DNA from: Nibricoccus sp.
GTDB lineage: Bacteria; Verrucomicrobiota; Verrucomicrobiia; Opitutales; Opitutaceae
DNA length: 64,000 nucleotides
Direction: 5' to 3'
NCBI GenBank assembly: GCA_047602425.1
Contig: JASGHG010000001.1
Location: 992,001 to 1,056,000, forward strand
Part shown: positions 58,982 through 64,000 of the stretch, one piece after another
Layout of the letters: the number at the start of each line of letters is the position of its first letter
How positions within the stretch are numbered: position 1 is the stretch's first letter
Translations under genes and position numbers: made by a program
The notes under the pieces: generated by a model
What the model saw: only the letters and a program-made list of their open reading frames with translations
What the model was told of the DNA's origin: nothing
Database searches by the model: none

Positions 58982-59749
58982 ATGAAAGTTTTCACCAAAA
59001 GTTTGCTCATTCTCCTAACCACCATGAGTTTTCTTGCGCGACTATTCGGAGCGACGCCAACCGACCCAAAAGCGGCAAAGCTGTTCGATAACATTTCCCC
59101 CATGAGCGCCGAAGCGTTTGAACGCAAACAACGGTCGATAAAATTTCTGAAAGAAAAGGGCGTACCGATCATGGGCGAACTTCCCGCCATTGAAGACAGC
59201 AAGAACTCCAAGATTCGGGCTCCAAAACAAATTTCCGAACGCATCATCGGATGCATGATCTGCGCGGTCGGAGGAGAGACCGGTGACAGGCAACTGACCG
59301 CAAAACTCATAGACGAATACTCTGCGGAAAAATTCCTGACGACAGCCGAGAAAAACTTTCTATTGAACGGTATAGATGACCGGCAGCAACGGGTCCAGTT
59401 TTCTTGGCGATATGAGCGTGTTTGGGTGCTTCTTTGGGCTCTCGGGTATATTGATCGTCTCGACTATCCACCCTCGATTTGCGACATGCCCAAGCTGGTA
59501 GGCTTGATTAAAAACAAATCAGTCGAACAGCTGCTCAAAGACGCGAAGCCGAGGAGCCAAAAAGAACTCTTGGATGAGGCAGATCTCATCTATCGATTAA
59601 ATTGGGCCGTGGTCGATGAACGGGTGAATAAGAAAGTTTCTGTTCCCAAGGAGGTCGAAACAGGAGTGGTCGAAGAACGCCATGCAGCCCTCAATTGGTT
59701 GATCGGATATCTGAACCAAGAGTGGGACGAAATCACCACCGATACTTAA
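58982..59749 (+). CDS. DUF4272-like protein
   Basis: WRYERVWVLLWALG, LDEADLIYRLNWA, ERHAALNWL and WDEITTDT. Confidence 0.8.
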   Translation: MKVFTKSLLILLTTMSFLARLFGATPTDPKAAKLFDNISPMSAEAFERKQRSIKFLKEKGVPIMGELPAIEDSKNSKIRAPKQISERIIGCMICAVGGETGDRQLTAKLIDEYSAEKFLTTAEKNFLLNGIDDRQQRVQFSWRYERVWVLLWALGYIDRLDYPPSICDMPKLVGLIKNKSVEQLLKDAKPRSQKELLDEADLIYRLNWAVVDERVNKKVSVPKEVETGVVEERHAALNWLIGYLNQEWDEITTDT

Positions 59750-59927
59750 ACTTCTCTCCCCTGACAAAAAACGCCTATGCCCTGTTCTCGATAGAATTTC
59801 CGTCCTAGAAAAACCGTTTTTCAATCAGCCAGACCGCGTCATGTCCTGACTCTTGACCGTTTGGATACGTCTCCCGGTTATGGCCGGTGACAATTTGCAA
59901 CACGGCATCATTTGGTTATGATTGCAG

Positions 59928-59954
59928 TGTCCGGAAAGAGGCTGGTTGTTCGTC
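59928..59954 (+). promoter_or_regulatory. Possible ECF41/42-type promoter TGTCCG-N17-CGTC
   Basis: Single copy upstream of the DUF1428 gene; resembles TGTCGA...CGTC. Confidence 0.35.
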
Positions 59955-60008
59955 GTATTATTCAAAGCGAGCCTGCGCCCGCGTCATTCAAACCAAGGAG
60001 TTGTTACC

Positions 60009-60371
60009 ATGAGCCTGTACACTGATGGATTCGTTGTTCCCGTACCCAAGCGCAAGCTGAAGGCGTATCTCAAGATGGCCCGCCAGGCCGCCAAGATCTG
60101 GCGCGAGTACGGAGCGGTGGACTACAAGGAATGCGTGGGCGACGATCTCAAACCTTCGTTCGGCCTGCCCTTCCCCAAGGGAATCCGCCTCAAATCTGGC
60201 GAGACCGTGGTGTTCTCGTGGATCGTCTACAAGTCGAAGGCGCATCGCGACAGCGTGAACAAGAAGATCATGGCGGACCCGCGCATGGCGGCGATGTGCG
60301 ACCCCAAGAATCCGCCGTTCGATTTCAAACGCATGCTCTACGGTGGCTTCAAGGTTGCTGTGTCCGGCTGA
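60009..60371 (+). CDS. DUF1428 (YbaA-like) protein
   Basis: YTDGFVVPVP, ECVGDD, ETVVFSWI, PFDFKRMLYGGF; GGAG RBS. Confidence 0.9.
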   Translation: MSLYTDGFVVPVPKRKLKAYLKMARQAAKIWREYGAVDYKECVGDDLKPSFGLPFPKGIRLKSGETVVFSWIVYKSKAHRDSVNKKIMADPRMAAMCDPKNPPFDFKRMLYGGFKVAVSG

Positions 60372-60516
60372 CGAATCTGAAGGGGTGGAGAAACTTCGCA
60401 GTTTTCACTCAGCCGGAATCGACCCGGCAGCGACATCCGTTCGGCAGCTCAGGGTCGGGTCCAAGCAAGGTTCAGCCACTTGACGACTTTGCTATAACGT
60501 ACGCATTTACGCCGTA

Positions 60517-60837
60517 ATGCATCGCAACGTCCACTCCCTGCTAACCAAAGAGCTGTTCAAGCAGGCTCTTGCTTCAGTGGCCGTTGCGCTCGTGCTGCTG
60601 TTGACGTTTCTCTCAGCCAGCCCCCAGGCGCACGAATGGTTGCATGTCGATGCCGGGCAAACCGAGCACGAGTGCGCGATCACCTTGTTTTCCCACGCGA
60701 CCGAGGCCCCTTTGGTGGCCGTTCTTCTCGCCGTAGTGATCTGGCGCCGGGAATCGTTCGTCTGCAAAGCATCTGTTGTTTTTGTTTCGCTGCCGGACTT
60801 CCGGCTTCTGCCGGGACGGGCTCCTCCTGTGCGTTGA
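60517..60837 (+). CDS. His/Cys leader protein ending in GRAPP (DUF2946/CruR-like upstream ORF)
   Basis: N-terminal hydrophobic helix; HEWLH and HEC...FSH; C-terminal LLPGRAPPVR directly before a TonB-dependent receptor. Confidence 0.75.
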   Translation: MHRNVHSLLTKELFKQALASVAVALVLLLTFLSASPQAHEWLHVDAGQTEHECAITLFSHATEAPLVAVLLAVVIWRRESFVCKASVVFVSLPDFRLLPGRAPPVR

Positions 60838-60962
60838 CACAGGACCAGAGGATAAAAACCCGATAATGCGGGCGAAGTGCGCCCGCGTTTAGCTCATGCG
60901 TATGGTTTTGGCTAAAGCCAGTCCGCGCGTGGGCACGTTCAATAATCGCAGCATTCATCAAC

Positions 60963-63080
60963 ATGAAGAATTCATTTCTATTTAGAACCAGAACAGCCGG
61001 CACAGCCCTACTCTGCGCCGCCACAATGCAGGCAAACGACAACCTGTCGCCGCCTCCAAAAGATCCACCGGCCACGGCCTACGCATCCTCTCCGCGCGAT
61101 TCCGAATACGTCGAGAAATTAGACACCGTCATCGTCACCGGCACAGTCGACCGCAAAACCACCTTCGATCTCGCGCAAGGCGCATCCCTGCTGTCGGGTC
61201 GCGCGTTGAAACTGCAAGTCCAGCCTTCTCTGGGCGAAACCCTCGCGAATACGCCGGGTGTCAATTCCACTTATTACGGTCCGGGGTCGAGCCGTCCGAT
61301 CATCCGAGGCCTGGGCGGAGACCGCGTTCGCATGCTGCAAGACAGCGTGGGCTCACTCGATCTTTCGAACATCAGTCCTGATCACAACGTCAGCATCGAG
61401 CCCTTGCTCGTCGATCGGATAGAGGTGCTGCGGGGACCGGCAACCTTGCTCTACGGCAGCTCGGCGGTAGGCGGAGTGGTCAATGTCATCGACAACCGCA
61501 TCCCCACTGAGGTGCGGACAAAAACCATCGGCGGTCGCGCGGAAGCCCGTCTCGACACGGCGGCCAAGGAACGCACGGGCATCGTCGCGCTTTCTGGCGG
61601 TAGTTCGACGTTCGGTTTTCAAATCGATGGCCAGCGCACCGTCACCGACGAGGTGAGAATTCCCGGCTTCGCCCAAAAAGGACCCGATGCGCCTGAGAAC
61701 CAGCCAGAAGGCCGGCTGCCAAGCAGCGCGGTTTCCACAAAAACGGCTTCGGTTGGCGGCACCGCTTTCGTCAAAACCGGCTTCCTCGGACTGGCCGCCA
61801 GCGAGTACGATACGACGTATGGCGTTCCGACCGGCGACGACCCGCCCACCAGCATCGATATGCGCCAGCAACGCCTCGACCTGCGGGGCGTCCTGACGCG
61901 CGGCTTTGGGCCTTTCAAGGAACTCCGTGTTCGGGGCGGTTACGGCAACTATACACACCGCGAACTCAGTGGTGGCGAAACGGTGAATACCACTTTCCGC
62001 AACAAAGCCACAGAAGGAAGAATCGAACTGGTTCAGGAAACAAAAGACAGACTGGCGGGCACAATCGGGCTCCAGGCTTCGCGCGCGGATTTCTCGGCTA
62101 GTGGCGAGGAAGTGGTCACACCCGCGACCCTGACCAATGCCGCCGCGCTCTTCGCGCTCGAAGAATATAAACTTGAGCGTGTCACCTTCCAGGTAGGCAG
62201 CCGCTACGAATGGCAAAAAATCAAGCTCGGCGAAGTCCACGAGGATTTACCGGAGTTTACTGGTTATAACGCGCAATCCGGCGAACAGCGTACCGTCCGC
62301 GGCTTCAGTCTCTCAACCGGCGCCGTTTTTTATCCGCTGAAAGACTACTCGGTCGGCCTCTCTGTCGCCTCATCCCAACGGCTGCCCGTGGCCCAGGAGC
62401 TCTACTCGAACGGTCCGCATGGCGGCACTGCTGCGTACGAGGTAGGCAACTCCACGCTCGGAAAGGAAAAATCCCTCGGGTTCGATCTCACACTGCGTCG
62501 CCGCGCGAGTCGCGTGACAGGGTCAGTGGGACTCTTCATGAATAAATTCACCCACTACATCTTCGAACAGGAGCTACCCGAGGATTTGAAACCCGCGACA
62601 AATAATCCCGACGATTTGACGCCCTACCAGTTTGTTTCCACCAATGCCTTGTTCTACGGCGGCGAAGCCGAATTGGAGTTTCACTTGATTGACGAAAACG
62701 AGCGCAGCCTCCACCTCGAGCTAAGCAGCGATTATGTACATGCCGAACAAACAGCCACCAACCAACCGCTACCTCGCATCCCGCCCATGCGCACAGGCGC
62801 GGAATTGCGCTTTGAACAACACGGCTGGGCATTCGGAGCGAGCTGCAAATATGTGTTTCGTCAAAATCGCTGCTCAAAGTACGAAACAGCAACGGCAGGA
62901 TATTGTCTATTGGGCCTCGATGCCGGTTATGAATTCGAGCTCGACGGTTTCAAATACGACATATTCCTCCGCGGCTCCAATCTCACCAACCGTGAGGCAC
63001 GCGTGCATACCTCTTTCCTGAAAGACTACGCTCCCCTGCCTGCCCGAAATTTAACATTGGGGATTCGAGCGAGTTTTTGA
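60963..63080 (+). CDS. TonB-dependent receptor, ZnuD-like metal uptake
   Basis: DTVIVTG TonB box; SLGETL...GPGSSRPIIRGLGGDRV...SPDH, IEVLRGPATLLYGS, ELYSNGPH; terminal Phe. Confidence 0.9.
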   Translation: MKNSFLFRTRTAGTALLCAATMQANDNLSPPPKDPPATAYASSPRDSEYVEKLDTVIVTGTVDRKTTFDLAQGASLLSGRALKLQVQPSLGETLANTPGVNSTYYGPGSSRPIIRGLGGDRVRMLQDSVGSLDLSNISPDHNVSIEPLLVDRIEVLRGPATLLYGSSAVGGVVNVIDNRIPTEVRTKTIGGRAEARLDTAAKERTGIVALSGGSSTFGFQIDGQRTVTDEVRIPGFAQKGPDAPENQPEGRLPSSAVSTKTASVGGTAFVKTGFLGLAASEYDTTYGVPTGDDPPTSIDMRQQRLDLRGVLTRGFGPFKELRVRGGYGNYTHRELSGGETVNTTFRNKATEGRIELVQETKDRLAGTIGLQASRADFSASGEEVVTPATLTNAAALFALEEYKLERVTFQVGSRYEWQKIKLGEVHEDLPEFTGYNAQSGEQRTVRGFSLSTGAVFYPLKDYSVGLSVASSQRLPVAQELYSNGPHGGTAAYEVGNSTLGKEKSLGFDLTLRRRASRVTGSVGLFMNKFTHYIFEQELPEDLKPATNNPDDLTPYQFVSTNALFYGGEAELEFHLIDENERSLHLELSSDYVHAEQTATNQPLPRIPPMRTGAELRFEQHGWAFGASCKYVFRQNRCSKYETATAGYCLLGLDAGYEFELDGFKYDIFLRGSNLTNREARVHTSFLKDYAPLPARNLTLGIRASF

Positions 63081-63258
63081 TCATCCTCATAGGCCGAACC
63101 AATGACCTCGGATGGCGATGGGCTTTGCATCGACTTATGACCATACCGCGTCGGCTCCTGCTGTCGTCGTGAAGCCCAAAACCAAGCGACCACCGATTTG
63201 CCGTTGGCCAGGGGATATCGGTGGTCGCGAGGAGCAAATTGCTGATCAAAGTGGAAAG

Positions 63259-63730
63259 GCCGACACTTCGAGTGCGAACGCCGACGCTTTGAGTGTCGAC
63301 GTCCACGCTTTTAGTGTCGGCGTCGAAGGTTTGAGTGACAACGTCGGCACTCTGATCGCCCTCTCTGGCCGTTGGAGCACCGGCGTCGGCACTTCAAGGG
63401 TCAACGACGTCACTTGGAGTAGCGACCTCGCTGCTCCAATCAGCAATCGTTCCACTACAAGCGCCGTGTTTCCTGTTCAAAGCGTCGACGCCGACACTTT
63501 AAACGAGAAATTTCTCGCTCAGAGTTGCGACGTCCGCATTCCAAGTGGATCCTCGGCAGAGAGACTGTCGGGTTCGGGAGAAAAAGTACCGAAATCGCCA
63601 CCCTAAACATCGAGTTCAACGGAAAAAGTGTCGGTGGCGCGATTTTCAGCGTCGGACTCCGCAATCGACAGGTCGATTTCACGGAGTAAAGAGCCATCGC
63701 CGCCGTTGGAAGTGTCGGCGTCGATGGAAA
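63259..63730. repeat. Degenerate 21-bp tandem array, consensus GTCGACACTTTGAGTGTCGAC
   Basis: About 14 units in register from 63259 to 63552 (e.g. gccgacacttcgagtgcgaac, gccgacgctttgagtgtcgac). Weaker units at 63626-63730 are shifted by 1 nt. Confidence 0.75.
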
Positions 63731-63800
63731 GCGCCGCAAGCCAAGCCTCCATCTTTCTGAGGCGTTTGGTTCGGCAAGTCCGGGGAGCTGGGCGTCGCTC

Positions 63801-64000
63801 CTATGCGGACGGCCTGTTATTTTTCGCCGTCAGCTTCTTCAACTGCGCATACAGCGCTTCCAGCTTCGGCACGGCGGCGCCGGCGGCTTTGGCGCGGCGC
63901 AATGGTTCGCCCCAGATCGACTCCACTTCGACTTCGCGGCCGTCGAGATAATCGATCAGGCTCGACGGACGGTATGGCCCCATCGGGCGCGTGGCGGAGA
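63801..64000 (-). CDS. 2-dehydropantoate 2-reductase (ApbA/PanE family), C-terminal end
   Basis: MGPYRPSSLIDYLDGREVEVESIWGEP...VPKLEALY; truncated by the window edge. Confidence 0.8.
   Translation of the reverse strand, partial: SATRPMGPYRPSSLIDYLDGREVEVESIWGEPLRRAKAAGAAVPKLEALYAQLKKLTAKNNRPSA

Noticed and set aside
60488..60508. Zur/Fur box before the RAPP leader
   Set aside because: TTGCTATAACGTACGCAT is only weakly dyad-symmetric and occurs once, which is too little to call.
63112..63606. 164-aa ORF as a confident CDS
   Set aside because: It is mostly the read-through of the 21-bp array, with no clear RBS or domain, and the periodicity continues past its stop with a 1-nt shift.

Overview
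A GC-rich bacterial chromosomal segment. The lineage is probably Verrucomicrobiota/Opitutaceae, inferred from gene families and repeat types and not confirmed. Gene content from left to right: an RloB + AAA_21 ATPase pair (ATPase frameshifted); a small helical hypothetical gene beside a 21-bp palindromic tandem array; a TPAT-type TRAP transporter (dctP frameshifted); LysR/cytochrome c/NmrA; an ECF sigma/anti-sigma locus with a VOC protein and an S9 peptidase; a PfkB kinase; a CzcCBA-type metal RND pump with an upstream RAPS-ending leader ORF; an oligogalacturonate lyase-like protein; a di-heme cytochrome/ECF/membrane-protein module; three Cys-degenerate thioredoxin-fold paralogs; an L-arabinose operon with LacI; two DUF3857/transglutaminase genes; an ABC exporter; a Thr-rich secreted repeat protein/Spy/ECF/anti-sigma/OM barrel module; ferredoxin; an MCP; tRNA-Val(CAC); nth; gcvP; several hypotheticals; a RAPP-ending leader ORF before a ZnuD-like TonB-dependent receptor; a second 21-bp palindromic array; and the 3' end of a ketopantoate reductase. 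The most notable signals are: (1) two unrelated arrays of degenerate, internally palindromic 21-bp units; (2) two RAP(P/S) candidate ribosome-arrest leader peptides in front of metal efflux and uptake genes; (3) three ECF regulons whose promoter motifs can be read directly from the sequence; (4) a CzcB carrying four Cys/His repeats; (5) several REP-like families, some inside coding sequence. No database searches were run, so all family calls rest on motif recognition.
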